From positions 5,372 through 69,371 of the forward strand of contig PASJ01000027.1 of NCBI GenBank assembly GCA_002711925.1: DNA of 64,000 nt, in the 5' to 3' direction. The notes under the pieces are model-generated. The model was not told where the DNA came from, ran no database searches, and was given only the letters and a program-made list of their open reading frames with translations. This document shows, piece after piece, positions 28,272 through 39,358 of the stretch. The number at the start of each line of letters is the position of its first letter. Position 1 is the first letter of the stretch. The translations under genes and the position numbers were made by a program. Origin of the DNA: Pseudobdellovibrionaceae bacterium. Lineage in GTDB: Bacteria; Bdellovibrionota_B; Oligoflexia; Oligoflexales; Bog-1112.

Positions 28272-29780
28272 TTATTTTCTACTTTTTTGCCGATTTCTTT
28301 TCGCTTGTTTTCTTAGTTTCTTCAATTTCTCACGATCTACTTTTCTTGGAGGAGCAAAAGCTTTGGTTTTCCTTGAGCTATCAGCCATCATCTGCCTCAG
28401 ATCTCCTAATGAGGGAGCATTTCCTGTCAGTTTATTTAAGCCAGGTATCTTGCTCATAAGACCACCAAAGTTTTTCCCCATATTTCCCATGACAGCACGC
28501 ATTTGCTTAAATCTTTTTAAGAGATCAGCAACGTCTTTTACCTGGCGCCCAGATCCTTTTGCAATTCTTTCCACCCGGCTTTTATCAATCAAATCTGGGT
28601 TAACTCGTTCTTTTTCAGTCATTGAGTCAATCATGTAACGAATTTTATGAAGCTGCTTGTCATCTATATTCATATTTTCTGGCATAGCTCCTTGCATCGG
28701 AAGCTTGGCCATCAAATCTTTCAAAGAACCCATTTTTTGAATCATTGAAATTTGTTTATAGAAATCTTTGAAAGTAAAATTACCCTGTAAAATTCGCTCT
28801 GCATCCTTTTCGGTATCTTTGTCTGCAACTTTTTCGAAGTCATCCATCAACCCAACCACGTCGCCCATGCCAAGGATACGACTAGCAAGCCCCTCTGGGC
28901 GAAACTCTTCAAGTCGATGAAGGTCTTCACCCATTCCTAAAAATTTTATGGATTTTCCTGTCACCTCTTTGATACTTAAAGCAGCACCACCACGAGCATC
29001 ACCATCAAGCTTTGTCATAACAAAGCCTGTTAGATCTAAACTTTTGTTAAATGAAGTCGCAGTATGGACAGCGTCTTGCCCCATCATGGCATCGCAAACT
29101 AAAAGAATATTATCGGGTTTCGTCGATGCTTTTATTTGCAGCAGCTCTTCCATAAGTTCTTGGTCAACTGTCAACCGACCTGCCGTGTCAAAAATCATAG
29201 AGTCACAATGATTTTCAATGGCAAACTTTTCAGCTTGTTGACAAATTTCAACGGGTGATTTTCCTTCCATATGAAAGACAGGAATATCTAGCCTTTTCCC
29301 CAAGACCCTAAGCTGATCCACAGCTGCAGGGCGGTAGATATCAGCAGCAACAAGCAACGGCTTCTTTTTTTTACTGCTCTTTAAAAAATTCCCAAGTTTT
29401 GCCGCAGTTGTTGTTTTCCCCGTTCCTTGAAGACCAACCATCATTATACTTGCGGGACGATTTGTTGGAAAATTTAACTCAACATTTACAGGCCCCATTA
29501 AATTTTCAAGCTCATCCTTACAAATTTTAACAAAATGATCTCCAGCTGTTACCTTCATTGCTGAAGATTTCTTTCCAGCAACAAGTTTAACTTGCTCGCC
29601 AAGAGATTTTTCTTTAACGCGAGACAAAAAAACTTTAGCAACGTTATACTCGACATCTGCTTCAAGTAAGCTGCTCCGGATGTCTTCTAACGCACTGGAA
29701 ATATTTGACTCTGTTAAAGTTGTTTTACCCTTAAAATGTAACCTTGCTTTATTGAAGCCGTCACTTAAAACACTGAGCAT
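28272..29780 (-). CDS. ffh: signal recognition particle protein Ffh
   Basis: NG domain with MMVGLQGTGKTTTAAKL, DTAGR and TKLDGDARGGAALS. The Met-rich M domain reads MGSLKDLMAKLPMQGAMPENM. A basic C-terminal tail follows. Confidence 0.95.
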   Translation of the reverse strand: MLSVLSDGFNKARLHFKGKTTLTESNISSALEDIRSSLLEADVEYNVAKVFLSRVKEKSLGEQVKLVAGKKSSAMKVTAGDHFVKICKDELENLMGPVNVELNFPTNRPASIMMVGLQGTGKTTTAAKLGNFLKSSKKKKPLLVAADIYRPAAVDQLRVLGKRLDIPVFHMEGKSPVEICQQAEKFAIENHCDSMIFDTAGRLTVDQELMEELLQIKASTKPDNILLVCDAMMGQDAVHTATSFNKSLDLTGFVMTKLDGDARGGAALSIKEVTGKSIKFLGMGEDLHRLEEFRPEGLASRILGMGDVVGLMDDFEKVADKDTEKDAERILQGNFTFKDFYKQISMIQKMGSLKDLMAKLPMQGAMPENMNIDDKQLHKIRYMIDSMTEKERVNPDLIDKSRVERIAKGSGRQVKDVADLLKRFKQMRAVMGNMGKNFGGLMSKIPGLNKLTGNAPSLGDLRQMMADSSRKTKAFAPPRKVDREKLKKLRKQAKRNRQKSRK

Positions 29781-30080
29781 GACCTGTTCCTAAAAGAAAT
29801 AACGCTGTATAATCTCACTAGAAAAACTCATAGAAAGCTACACAACAAAAAATTCTATAAAATCGGTTTCTTATTTTGTTCTTTTGGCAAACTCAAATAG
29901 ATATTTACCTGCCCTTTACACATGATGAATGGAATAAAAAACAAGAATACAAGAATGCACATTGTGAAACCTGAAAAAAGAAGTATTTTTCCAATCTCAT
30001 ACAACTGGTAATTAATACAAGATTTATATCTTTTTAGTCAACCCAACAGGTCACTTAAGAAGAGATTTTCATATTGAAAA

Positions 30081-30566
30081 TCAAAGGAAACGCTTTAACT
30101 TTACCTCTCTAACAGCAAGTTCGATACTTTCTTTGTATCCACCTGAGGCTTCATCTGCAGCTTCCAAAGTCCACGATTGAGGTTTACACTTTGTCAAAGT
30201 ATATGATGCAAGAATTAACCCATCTTTGTTTTTATAAACAACGGATATGCTCTGGGGAAGAGTGTTATTTTCAAAGTTTTGCCTTGCCCAACTTGATAAA
30301 GGAAGGTCTGTCACAAAGTGTCTTTTCAGCGAAACTCGCTTCAAGTGTCCAGAAGTTAAGTTTGAATAGCTATGATCCGCAACACCTTCAACAAAATTAA
30401 ATCGCCCGAAATCCACACCGTTAATTTCCACGTGTGGGTAGAGTTCTGTCGGCTCAAAAGAAGCTCTTATTCTGCCATAATTTAAAAAACTAAGAACAAG
30501 AAGAAAAAGAGTGGGAAGCACTCTTAAAACAAAAGTTTTAATTTCTGTACTAGTTATAAACAGCAA
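30081..30566 (-). CDS. orphan phage tail-tube (T4 gp19 / contractile-injection tube, PF06841-like) homolog with an N-terminal hydrophobic signal or anchor
   Basis: The pattern matches the family consensus as I recall it: HVEINGVDFGRFNFVEGV, then VSLKRHFVTDLPLSSWARQ, ISVVYKNKDGLILASYTLTKCKPQSWT and ESIELAVREV. The N-terminus VLRVLPTLFLLVLSFLNYG is hydrophobic. Confidence 0.45.
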   Translation of the reverse strand: MLFITSTEIKTFVLRVLPTLFLLVLSFLNYGRIRASFEPTELYPHVEINGVDFGRFNFVEGVADHSYSNLTSGHLKRVSLKRHFVTDLPLSSWARQNFENNTLPQSISVVYKNKDGLILASYTLTKCKPQSWTLEAADEASGGYKESIELAVREVKLKRFL

Positions 30567-30691
30567 ATTTATTCACCTACATATAAAATAACCATCTAAA
30601 AATATCATAGCATAGACAAAATAATTAGCCAATAAACCAAAGCTAATGTTTATTGTTATAAGTAATTTTTCATAAAAAAAACTAGCTATTA

Positions 30692-31069
30692 TTATAAAAT
30701 CGCTATGGCATCAATTTCTATGATTGCACCTAGTGGTAAAGCTGCAACGCCTACTGTGGATCGAACTGGATAAGGCTTTTGAAAATATTCCATGTAAACG
30801 CGATTGACTCTCTCAAAAAGACTCAAGTCTGTTAAAAAGATGTTTGTTTTTACAACGTAACTTAAGGTTAAATTATGAGCTGAAAGTATGGACTTAATAT
30901 TATCTAAGATTAGGCTAGCTTGGTCCTCAATTGTTCCATGAATGAGCTTACCTGTATTTGGGTCAATAGCTATTTGCCCAGAAGTCATCAAAAAACCATT
31001 AGCAAGAACTGCCTGAGAGTATGGACCTATAGCTTTTGGGGCTTTTTGGGTTTCAATAGCTGTAAAAAT
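30692..31069 (-). CDS. ridA: RidA/YjgF family reactive-intermediate deaminase, apparently started from ATT
   Basis: The conserved RidA N-terminus (IETQKAPKAIGPYSQAV) is encoded upstream of the first ATG/TTG. An in-frame TAA lies 5 codons above it. The only start-like codon is ATT at 31069, which sits 7 nt after AAGGAGG. The C-terminal motifs are intact (VKTNIFLTDL..F..VN.VY.EYF..PYPVRSTVGVAALPLGAIIEIDAIA). Confidence 0.75.
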   Translation of the reverse strand: MFTAIETQKAPKAIGPYSQAVLANGFLMTSGQIAIDPNTGKLIHGTIEDQASLILDNIKSILSAHNLTLSYVVKTNIFLTDLSLFERVNRVYMEYFQKPYPVRSTVGVAALPLGAIIEIDAIAIL

Positions 31070-31076
31070 TTTTGAC

Positions 31077-31083
31077 CCTCCTT
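31077..31083 (-). promoter_or_regulatory. Shine-Dalgarno AAGGAGG serving the ATT start of ridA
   Basis: The plus strand reads ccctcctt across these bases, which is AAGGAGG on the minus strand. The spacer gtcaaaa (7 nt) then leads to ATT. Confidence 0.6.
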
Positions 31084-31166
31084 AAGTTTTACTTATATAC
31101 AAAAAACGATTCTCTTAAAAAAAGACTGCTTCTTAGAATTAAGCCAAAAACATATTTTTGCAGTAG

Positions 31167-32990
31167 CTATAAGTCTTGTCCATCAAAGTCAATAATATAC
31201 TTTTTGATATGAAGGTCCCTTAACTGATCGTCACCAACCTGGCTCGGAGCATCGGTCATTAAACATGTCGCCTTTTGCGTTTTAGGGAAAGGAATAACAT
31301 CGCGGATAGCTTCCGAGTGAGTCAAAATCATAACCAAACGGTCTAAGCCAAAGGCGATTCCGCCATGAGGGGGAGCGCCGTACTTTAAAGCTTGAAGAAG
31401 AAAACCGAATTTTTTTTGCGCTTCTTCTTCAGAAAGTCCTATCAACTCAAATATCTTTTGTTGAATATTTGGATTATGGACTCTTACGGAGCCTCCACCA
31501 ATTTCGTAACCATTACAAACAAGATCATAGGCAGCTGCCCTTGCTTGTTCTGGGTTACTTTCTAGTAAGTCGAGATCTTCTTCTCTTGGCATGCAAAAAG
31601 GATGATGTCTAGCCATCAAGCGTCCAGATTGAAGGTCTTTTTCAAAAAGTGGAAACTCAACAACCCAAGCAAATTTAAAATCTAGCGAATTGTATAAGTT
31701 CAGCTCTTTACCAAGAAAATTTCTAACTGCAGAGAGTGAACTTTTCACAGCCTCATAGGGTCCTGCCGAAAACAGGATCAAATCATTATCTTGTACGTCA
31801 CATTTGTCATTAATTTGATTAATCTCGGCATCAGTAAAAAACTTTGCTATGGGAGACTGCCAAGACGATGCCGCAGTTTCTGATTGCTTTTTGGCCCAAG
31901 CTAAGCCTTTAACACCGTAGTTTTTTGCTAAATCAGTTAACTGATCTATCTTCTTTCTCGAATATTTGCTAGCACAGTTTTTCACAACTAAGCAATTGAC
32001 AATTCCACCCAGAGATTGAGCTTGAGAAAAGACCTGAAACTGACAGTCTTTTACAAGGGAGCCCACGTCTTGTAGCTTAAGATCAAAACGTAAGTCAGGC
32101 TTATCACAGCCATAGTTTTCCATAGCATCATGATAGGTAATACGTTGGAAAGACCCTAGAGACTGTCCACTGAAGAAACCGTTGAAAACTTTTTGTATAA
32201 CAGACTCAAACGTTTTTAAAATCATCTCTTCGTTGACAAAAGACATCTCGCAATCAATTTGTGTAAATTCTGGCTGACGATCTGCCCTTAAGTCTTCGTC
32301 ACGAAAGCATTTTACAATCTGATAGTAACGATCAAAACCACTTACCATGAAAAGCTGTTTGAAAAGCTGAGGGCTTTGGGGTAATGCATAAAATTGGCCA
32401 GGATTAACCCTTGATGGGACAAGAAACTCTCTTGCTCCTTCTGGGGTCGACTTATATAAAAAGGGAGTTTCTAAATCTGAAAAGCCAAACTCCTCTAATG
32501 CCCGTCTAGCAAGAGATGTGATCTTACTTCTATCGAGAATCTTTTGTTTCATGGTGGTGCGTCTTAAATCAAGATACCGATATTTCAATCTCAGACTTTC
32601 GGAAGCATCAGACATATCAGAGACAGAAAAAGGGAGCGGTTCTGACTTATTTAATACCACTAGATTATCCACAAGAACCTCTATAGCCCCTGTTTTCATA
32701 TCCTTGTTGACCATTTCTTGAGGACGTAAAACAACCTTACCTTGAACAGCAAGCACATATTCATGCCGCAAACTGTGACCTAAGTCATGAACTTGACTAG
32801 AAACAGCAGGATCAATAACAATTTGTGTAACCCCAAATTGATCTCTTAAGTCAATAAAAATCAGTTGCCCATGATCCCTTCTTTTTAAGACCCAGCCTAA
32901 GAGGTTAACAACACTACCGCCATGACCTTCAGTAAGCTCACCGCATGTATGACTTCTATTGTGCCATTTCTGATTCGATTGATTCTCCAT
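31167..32990 (-). CDS. aspS: aspartyl-tRNA synthetase
   Basis: Class II motifs are present: FRDEDLRADRQPEFTQID, GGGSVRVH and PPHGGIAFGLDRLVM. The OB-fold N-terminus reads HTCGELTEGHGGSVVNLLGWV. The start MENQSNQKW at 32990 is preferred; the extra 51 codons in the ORF track look spurious. Confidence 0.93.
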   Translation of the reverse strand: MENQSNQKWHNRSHTCGELTEGHGGSVVNLLGWVLKRRDHGQLIFIDLRDQFGVTQIVIDPAVSSQVHDLGHSLRHEYVLAVQGKVVLRPQEMVNKDMKTGAIEVLVDNLVVLNKSEPLPFSVSDMSDASESLRLKYRYLDLRRTTMKQKILDRSKITSLARRALEEFGFSDLETPFLYKSTPEGAREFLVPSRVNPGQFYALPQSPQLFKQLFMVSGFDRYYQIVKCFRDEDLRADRQPEFTQIDCEMSFVNEEMILKTFESVIQKVFNGFFSGQSLGSFQRITYHDAMENYGCDKPDLRFDLKLQDVGSLVKDCQFQVFSQAQSLGGIVNCLVVKNCASKYSRKKIDQLTDLAKNYGVKGLAWAKKQSETAASSWQSPIAKFFTDAEINQINDKCDVQDNDLILFSAGPYEAVKSSLSAVRNFLGKELNLYNSLDFKFAWVVEFPLFEKDLQSGRLMARHHPFCMPREEDLDLLESNPEQARAAAYDLVCNGYEIGGGSVRVHNPNIQQKIFELIGLSEEEAQKKFGFLLQALKYGAPPHGGIAFGLDRLVMILTHSEAIRDVIPFPKTQKATCLMTDAPSQVGDDQLRDLHIKKYIIDFDGQDL

Positions 32991-33444
32991 AAAATTTCTT
33001 GCCCTAAGTATCGTACAGGTTAATTTGTAATCTTTATAAATAATCTTAGTTGGATTGTATACTATTTTATACCTGTTCTTTCTCTCAGTCAAAGTTTCAA
33101 CGAAAATAAACTCTGAATAAAAATTATTGCTATAAAAGAACAAAATCAGAAAACAAATTACTTTCTATTTATAAACACTGCAAAAAATTAAACTTTGTTT
33201 GTACCATTTGCTTTTTGAGAGAAAAAATCAAAAGCCGTGACAACCATACATTTGGATTTTTTCTTAAATAAATTTTTAAGAAGTAACTTTAGCTATTTAC
33301 AATATGAACACAGCCTCTTATAAAACAGCCTATAACAAACATGAATCTTATAAAGAAAGACTAGGAAATAACTTGCATCCTTCAAGATAAAAAGTCATGT
33401 TTATTCGCGCCTTAGTTAAATATATTTAGTTTTAGGGGTGATCG

Positions 33445-34788
33445 GTGCTAAAGATTAAAAAAGGACTAGAAATACCCATCAACGGCAAGCCATCTGAAGA
33501 AATTTTTGATGGCCACCAAGTCAGAAGCGTTGCTGTCACAGGACTCGATTTTATTGGTATGAAACCAACCATGCATATCAAAGAGGGGGATCAAGTTAAA
33601 ATTGGGCAAAAACTCTTTGAATGTAAAAAAAATCCTGGAGTAATATTTACCTCGCCTGGAAGTGGAAAAGTCACCTCAATTAAAAGGGGTCAAAAAAGGG
33701 TTTTTGAAACTTTAGAGATCCTCCTGGATTCAGAAAATCATGTAGACTTTACTCATTTTAAGAAACAATCGCCGGAATCTTACACAAGAGAGGAAGCTAA
33801 AGAACTTTTAGTTGAGTCAGGCTTGTGGACATCTATAAGAGAAAGACCATTTAATAAAACTCCAGCTTTAAATAAAATTCCCCACTCTCTTTTTGTTTCA
33901 ACACTTGATACGCAACCTTTAGCTATGGACCCAAATATCATACTTTCACAACGGAAAGATGATTTTATAGCTGGACTTAAAGTACTTGCGCTTATGCCGG
34001 AACACCACCTCTATGTGGCAAAATCAAATTCAGAGCTTGAATTATCAGAGCTAAAAAATCTTAAAAAGATAGATATAAAAGGTCTTCATCCTGCTGGAAA
34101 CGTTGGAACACATATCCATTTTTTTGAACCCGTTTCTCTACAAAAAAGTGTTTGGCACGTTGGTTACCAAGACGTTATAGCTATCGGTAACTTATTTAAA
34201 ACAGGCCGTATTGACACACAACGTTTTGTTGCGTTAGGTGGACCAAAAGTCAAAAACCCTCGAATATTAAAAACACGAATGGGAGCAAGCCTTGATCACT
34301 TGTTAGAAGGCGAGCTCGACTCACCTGAAGAAACAAGAGTTATCAGCGGATCTATACTTCACGGAAGAAAAAAAGATGAAACTTTTCGCTTTTTAGGAAG
34401 GTTTGACAACCAAGTTTCTTGTATTGCTGAAGACAGTTCAAGAAAATTTTTAGGGTGGCACTCTCCTGGATTCAACCTGTTCTCCCAAAAAAGAATTTAC
34501 CTATCAAAATTAATGCCAAAGCGAAAGTTTTCTCTTGGAACATCTACTCACGGATCACCAAGAGCTCTTGTCCCAATAGGTTCTTACGAAGAGGTAACAC
34601 CTCTTGATATACTACCTACTCAACTTTTAAGGGCACTGCTGTCCAAAGATACAGATCAAGCTCAAGATCTAGGGTGTCTGGACTTAGCTGAGGAAGATCT
34701 TGCCCTTTATACTTTTGTCTCAAATGGTAAAACTGATTTTGGTCCAGTTTTTCGTGAAAATTTGACAAAAATAGAAAAGGAAGGCTAA
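33445..34788 (+). CDS. nqrA: Na+-translocating NADH:quinone oxidoreductase subunit A
   Basis: The N-terminus (M)[15 protein letters not shown] resembles Vibrio NqrA (MITIKKGLDLPIAG). GTG start. It is the first gene of a collinear nqrA-F operon, and its TAATG junction overlaps the nqrB start. Confidence 0.9.
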   Translation: MLKIKKGLEIPINGKPSEEIFDGHQVRSVAVTGLDFIGMKPTMHIKEGDQVKIGQKLFECKKNPGVIFTSPGSGKVTSIKRGQKRVFETLEILLDSENHVDFTHFKKQSPESYTREEAKELLVESGLWTSIRERPFNKTPALNKIPHSLFVSTLDTQPLAMDPNIILSQRKDDFIAGLKVLALMPEHHLYVAKSNSELELSELKNLKKIDIKGLHPAGNVGTHIHFFEPVSLQKSVWHVGYQDVIAIGNLFKTGRIDTQRFVALGGPKVKNPRILKTRMGASLDHLLEGELDSPEETRVISGSILHGRKKDETFRFLGRFDNQVSCIAEDSSRKFLGWHSPGFNLFSQKRIYLSKLMPKRKFSLGTSTHGSPRALVPIGSYEEVTPLDILPTQLLRALLSKDTDQAQDLGCLDLAEEDLALYTFVSNGKTDFGPVFRENLTKIEKEG

Positions 34789-35996
34789 TGGATCCTCTAA
34801 GAAAATTCTTAGACAAACAACACCAAGTTTTTGTCAAAGGTGGTAAACTAGAAAAACTTTACCCACTCTATGAAGCCATTGATACCTTTTTATATACCCC
34901 AGGAGAAGTTAGTAAAGGTTCAGTACATGTAAGAGATGGAATCGATCTAAAAAGAACGATGATAACTGTTGCTATGGCACTTTTACCCTGTATCCTTATG
35001 GCGATGTATAATACAGGTCTTCAGTCTCTAACAGCCTTGCAGGGTATGGGCGTATCACAAATTTCTGGCTGGCGAGGACTTGTGTACCATAGTCTTGGTT
35101 TTGGTATAGACCAAACTAATATCGTAGCAGCATTTTTCCTAGGGGCCCTTTATTTTGTCCCAGTTTTCATTGTTACAAATGTTGTAGGTGGATTGTGTGA
35201 GTTGATATTCTCTGTTGTCAGAAAGCATGAAATTAATGAAGGGTTTTTAGTTACAGGCTTATTGTATCCTCTTACCCTACCTCCAGCAATTCCCTTGTGG
35301 CAAGTAGCTATTGGTATAATTTTTGGCGTAGTTGTAGGTAAAGAAATTTTTGGAGGAACAGGAAAAAACTTTTTAAATCCTGCATTAACCGCACGAGCAT
35401 TTCTATTTTTTGCATACCCTGCTGAAATCTCTGGTAACGCTGTATGGACAGCTGCTGACGGTTACACGGGAGCGACATTACTTGGACAAGCTGCTGAATT
35501 TGGCATGGCTACTTTAAGCTACACTTGGACAGATGCCTTCTTAGGTTTTATTCCAGGTTCTATGGGAGAAACGTCGACGATTGCCTGTATTTTTGGTGCG
35601 TTCTTCTTGATTTTAACTGGAATTGGATCTTGGAGAACCATGCTCAGTATGACTCTATCAACAGTTTTTTTTGCAGGTTTATTAAATTTTATCGGTTCAA
35701 GTTCTAACCCAATGTTTGAAATTCCTGCTCACTGGCATCTTGTCATGGGTAGCTTCGCATTTGGTTGTGTTTTTATGGCAACTGACCCAGTAAGTTCAGC
35801 AATGACTGATACAGGACGTTATTTTTATGGCGCCTTGATAGGCTTTATGGTGATCCTCGTGAGATCAATCAACCCAGCCTACCCAGAAGGAGTTATGTTA
35901 GCTATTTTATTTGGTAATGTTTTTGCACCACTTATTGATTACTTCGTAGTAAGTGCTAATATAAAGAGAAGGAAACTAAGGTATGCAAAAGGATAG
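34788..35996 (+). CDS. nqrB: Na+-NQR subunit B
   Basis: Polytopic membrane protein. It carries the FMN-attachment region [11 protein letters not shown] and the NqrB/RnfD-like block [13 protein letters not shown]. Confidence 0.9.
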   Translation: MDPLRKFLDKQHQVFVKGGKLEKLYPLYEAIDTFLYTPGEVSKGSVHVRDGIDLKRTMITVAMALLPCILMAMYNTGLQSLTALQGMGVSQISGWRGLVYHSLGFGIDQTNIVAAFFLGALYFVPVFIVTNVVGGLCELIFSVVRKHEINEGFLVTGLLYPLTLPPAIPLWQVAIGIIFGVVVGKEIFGGTGKNFLNPALTARAFLFFAYPAEISGNAVWTAADGYTGATLLGQAAEFGMATLSYTWTDAFLGFIPGSMGETSTIACIFGAFFLILTGIGSWRTMLSMTLSTVFFAGLLNFIGSSSNPMFEIPAHWHLVMGSFAFGCVFMATDPVSSAMTDTGRYFYGALIGFMVILVRSINPAYPEGVMLAILFGNVFAPLIDYFVVSANIKRRKLRYAKG

Positions 35997-36783
35997 TCCA
36001 GTAAGAACCATCCTCGTAGCCATTTTACTATGCTTTGTCTGTTCAATTCTTGTGACGTCAGCTGCTGTTCTACTTAGGTCGAAGCAAGAAAAAAATAAGA
36101 TTCTCGATGTCAAAAAGAATTTACTCTTGGCATCTGGTATCATTCAAAATCCAAAACCTACCGAACAAGAGATACTAGAAGCTTACGAAACTGTTAGAGC
36201 AGAAATCGTAGATTTATCTAGCGGGGAAACTGTTTCTACATTTGAGATCGAAAGTTTCGATGAAAGAAAAATGAGTAAAGATCCGAAGCATAGCTATAAA
36301 ATCCCTGTTGATAAAGATACTGCAGGTATCAAAGTCAGAGCAAAGTATAACCTTGCTTATAAAATCTTCGAAAATGATGAACTTTCTATGATAGTCTTAC
36401 CAGTAAACGGTAAAGGTCTCTGGTCTACCCTCTACGGCTTTATTGCTCTTGCCCCAGACACCAGAATCATAAAAGGTATTGGTTTTTATGAACATGCAGA
36501 GACTCCAGGTTTGGGTGGAGAGGTTGACAATGTTTTATGGAAGAACCAATGGGCTGGAAAATTAGCTCTAGATGAAAATTACCAACCTATTTTTCAGGTA
36601 AATAAAGGTGTTGTTACACCTTCAACCGTAAATCATGAAAGTAAAGTGGACGGTCTTTCAGGCGCAACCATAACTTCAAATGGTGTGACTGGGCTCGTTA
36701 GATACTGGTTGGGTGAAGATGCGTATGGACCATACTTAGAAAAGCTGAGACAATCATTAAAGGGGAAAAGAGTTAAAACATGA
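35983..36783 (+). CDS. nqrC: Na+-NQR subunit C
   Basis: Single N-terminal TM segment. The FMN-binding motif reads [14 protein letters not shown] (SGAT). The gene overlaps its neighbours, which suggests translational coupling. Confidence 0.9.
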   Translation: MQKDSPVRTILVAILLCFVCSILVTSAAVLLRSKQEKNKILDVKKNLLLASGIIQNPKPTEQEILEAYETVRAEIVDLSSGETVSTFEIESFDERKMSKDPKHSYKIPVDKDTAGIKVRAKYNLAYKIFENDELSMIVLPVNGKGLWSTLYGFIALAPDTRIIKGIGFYEHAETPGLGGEVDNVLWKNQWAGKLALDENYQPIFQVNKGVVTPSTVNHESKVDGLSGATITSNGVTGLVRYWLGEDAYGPYLEKLRQSLKGKRVKT

Positions 36784-37400
36784 AAAAAATAAAAGAAGTT
36801 ATTTTTGAGCCACTCTTTAATAATAACCCTATTGCTTTACAAATACTTGGTATATGTTCCGCATTAGCGGTAACCACAAAGATGGATAAAGCTATCGTAA
36901 TGTGCCTCGCAGTTATTGCTGTTACTGGCTTATCAAATTTTTTTGTCAGTCTCATAAGAACTTACATTCCTTCTAGTATTCGTATAATAGTACAGATGAC
37001 AATTATAGCTTCTCTTGTTATTGTCACAGATCAAATTCTAAAGGCCTTTGTGTACGATGTTGCAAAAGAGATGTCTGTCTTCATTGGTCTGATAATAACA
37101 AACTGTATTGTGATGGGTCGAACTGAAGGTTATGCCATGAAAAACTCTCCAGTAATGAGCTTTTTTGACGGTATTGGAAATGGCGTTGGCTACAGTCTTG
37201 TTCTAATTTTTGTTGCTCTTTTTAGAGAACTATTTGGATCTGGTAAAATCATGAACACAACAATCCTTCAACCCGTCAATGAAGGAGGTTGGTATCCAAC
37301 GAATGGTATGATGCTTTTAGCACCTAGTGCTTTTTTTCTTATAGGTTTTTTTATTTGGATAATTCGTATCTGGAAACCTGATCAAGTTGAAGAAGAATAG
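36780..37400 (+). CDS. nqrD: Na+-NQR subunit D
   Basis: NqrD/RnfE-type membrane protein with [18 protein letters not shown] and [12 protein letters not shown]. Confidence 0.9.
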   Translation: MKKIKEVIFEPLFNNNPIALQILGICSALAVTTKMDKAIVMCLAVIAVTGLSNFFVSLIRTYIPSSIRIIVQMTIIASLVIVTDQILKAFVYDVAKEMSVFIGLIITNCIVMGRTEGYAMKNSPVMSFFDGIGNGVGYSLVLIFVALFRELFGSGKIMNTTILQPVNEGGWYPTNGMMLLAPSAFFLIGFFIWIIRIWKPDQVEEE

Positions 37401-37410
37401 GAGTTTTATA

Positions 37411-38022
37411 GTGCTTGCTCATCATTTAAGTATTTTTATAAAAGCAGCTTTTATCGAAAATCTTGCACTTTCTTTTTTTCTCGGAATGTGCACATTTTTA
37501 GCTGTTTCTAAAAAAGTGTCTACTGCAATTGGTCTTGGAATTGCTGTTATAGTTGTCCAACTCGTCACTGTACCATTGAATAATCTTTTATATAATTTTC
37601 TTCTTAAAGAAGATGCTCTTATGTGGCTGGGTGTTCAAGGAATCGATCTTAGTTTTTTAGGGCTAATCTGCTACATCGGGGTGATTGGAGCCATGGTTCA
37701 AATACTTGAAATGTCTCTCGACCGTTACGTTCCTGCTTTATATAACGCTTTAGGAATATTTCTTCCCCTAATTACTGTTAATTGTGCAATCTTAGGCGCT
37801 TCATTGTTTATGGTCGAAAGAGATTACAGTTTTATCGAGTCTGTTACTTTCGGACTCGGCTCTGGTGTCGGTTGGGCTCTGGCCATTATGGCACTTGCTG
37901 GCATAAGAGAAAAGATGAAATATTCTGATGTTCCAGATGGTCTAAAAGGCCTTGGCATTACATTCATGGTTGTTGGACTGATGTCCCTTGGATTTTTAGC
38001 TTTTTCTGGAATCCAGTTATAA
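37411..38022 (+). CDS. nqrE: Na+-NQR subunit E
   Basis: [22 protein letters not shown] and [11 protein letters not shown] match the NqrE/RnfA signature. The GTG at 37411, 8 nt after AGGAG, is preferred over the TTG at 37387, which would overlap nqrD. Confidence 0.88.
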   Translation: MLAHHLSIFIKAAFIENLALSFFLGMCTFLAVSKKVSTAIGLGIAVIVVQLVTVPLNNLLYNFLLKEDALMWLGVQGIDLSFLGLICYIGVIGAMVQILEMSLDRYVPALYNALGIFLPLITVNCAILGASLFMVERDYSFIESVTFGLGSGVGWALAIMALAGIREKMKYSDVPDGLKGLGITFMVVGLMSLGFLAFSGIQL

Positions 38023-38113
38023 GCTTTTATCTTTACTAATCTGTAGATTTTTATGTACCCACTAAGGTATAATTAAAAAAGATAAAAAGATACCAGTAAA
38101 GGATAGTAAACCT

Positions 38114-39337
38114 ATGTTTGAGATTATCGTCGGCGTAACTATGTTTACAAGTGTGGTTGTTGCCCTTGTTTGCCTCATACTTTTTGCTAAGTCTATATTA
38201 GTTCCTTCTGGTGACATAACCATTAATGTTAACGGTGAAAAAGACATTAAGGTAGCTGCAGGTAATAAATTATTGAATGTTCTAGCAGATAATAAGCTCT
38301 TTGTTTCCAGTGCTTGTGGAGGTGGGGGAACTTGTGCCCAATGTAAAGTAAAGATCTTCGAGGGTGGAGGAGAAATTCTCGAAACAGAAACCTCACATAT
38401 AACAAAAAAAGAAGCTCGAGAAGGTGAAAGACTTTCTTGCCAAGTCGCTGTTAAACAAAACATGAAGATTGAAGTTCCTGAAGAAGTTTTTGGAGTAAGA
38501 AAGTGGAACTGTAAGGTTAGATCAAACCACAATGTCGCAACATTTATTAAAGAATTAATACTTGAACTCCCAAAAGGTGAAGAAGTCCCTTTCCGAGCAG
38601 GTGGTTTCATTCAAATTGAAAGACCAAAAGATCTCAATATAGATTTCAAAAATTTCGACATAGAAAAAGAATATCATGAAGATTGGGATAGATACGACTT
38701 ATGGAAATATAAGTCTTCCTCTGATGAAGAAACAATTAGAGCATATTCAATGGCTAGCTATCCAGAAGAAAAAGACATTATCATGCTCAATGTTAGAATA
38801 GCGACTCCTCCACCACAAACTCCAGATGCACCACCCGGTTTAATGTCTTCTTACATCTTTGATCTAAAACCAGGGGATGAAGTTATCATATCGGGACCTT
38901 TCGGGGAGTTTTTTGCAAGAGAAACAGAAAAAGAGATGATTTTTATTGGTGGTGGAGCAGGTATGGCACCAATGCGTTCTCACATATTTGATCTTTTCCG
39001 TAGATTAAAAACAAAACGTAAAGTTACTTTTTGGTATGGGGCTCGAAGTAAAAGAGAAATGTTTTATGTTGAAGATTTTAACTCTATAGAAAAAGAAAAC
39101 AAAAACTTCGACTGGCACTGTGCTCTTTCTGACCCACTGCCTGAAGACGACTGGTCTGGTCATAAGGGATTTATTCACCAAGTCTTGTTTGACGAGTATT
39201 TAAAAGATCACCCAAACCCCGAAGACTGCGAGTTTTATGTTTGCGGACCTCCTATTATGAATGAATGCGTTGTAAATATGCTTATTGATATCGGTGTGGA
39301 ACGTGAAGATATTATGCTTGATGACTTTGGTGGTTAA
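38114..39337 (+). CDS. nqrF: Na+-NQR subunit F
   Basis: N-terminal TM segment. 2Fe-2S ferredoxin motif [14 protein letters not shown]...C. FAD/NADH-binding blocks RAYSMAS and [12 protein letters not shown]. Confidence 0.95.
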   Translation: MFEIIVGVTMFTSVVVALVCLILFAKSILVPSGDITINVNGEKDIKVAAGNKLLNVLADNKLFVSSACGGGGTCAQCKVKIFEGGGEILETETSHITKKEAREGERLSCQVAVKQNMKIEVPEEVFGVRKWNCKVRSNHNVATFIKELILELPKGEEVPFRAGGFIQIERPKDLNIDFKNFDIEKEYHEDWDRYDLWKYKSSSDEETIRAYSMASYPEEKDIIMLNVRIATPPPQTPDAPPGLMSSYIFDLKPGDEVIISGPFGEFFARETEKEMIFIGGGAGMAPMRSHIFDLFRRLKTKRKVTFWYGARSKREMFYVEDFNSIEKENKNFDWHCALSDPLPEDDWSGHKGFIHQVLFDEYLKDHPNPEDCEFYVCGPPIMNECVVNMLIDIGVEREDIMLDDFGG

Positions 39338-39358
39338 CCTACTTTCAAACTTCTTTTT

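Noticed and set aside
32991-33143. N-terminal 51-codon extension of aspS in the ORF track (and the similar extension of slt at 3958-4035)
   Set aside because: The extensions are Phe/Tyr/Asn-rich junk-like sequence upstream of a Met that aligns with the normal family N-terminus (aspS) or with a signal peptide (slt).
38062-38610. 182-aa minus-strand ORF overlapping the 5' part of nqrF
   Set aside because: It is antisense to a strongly supported gene (2Fe-2S and FAD motifs). The translation is Ser/Pro/Thr-rich low complexity, as expected of a shadow ORF.
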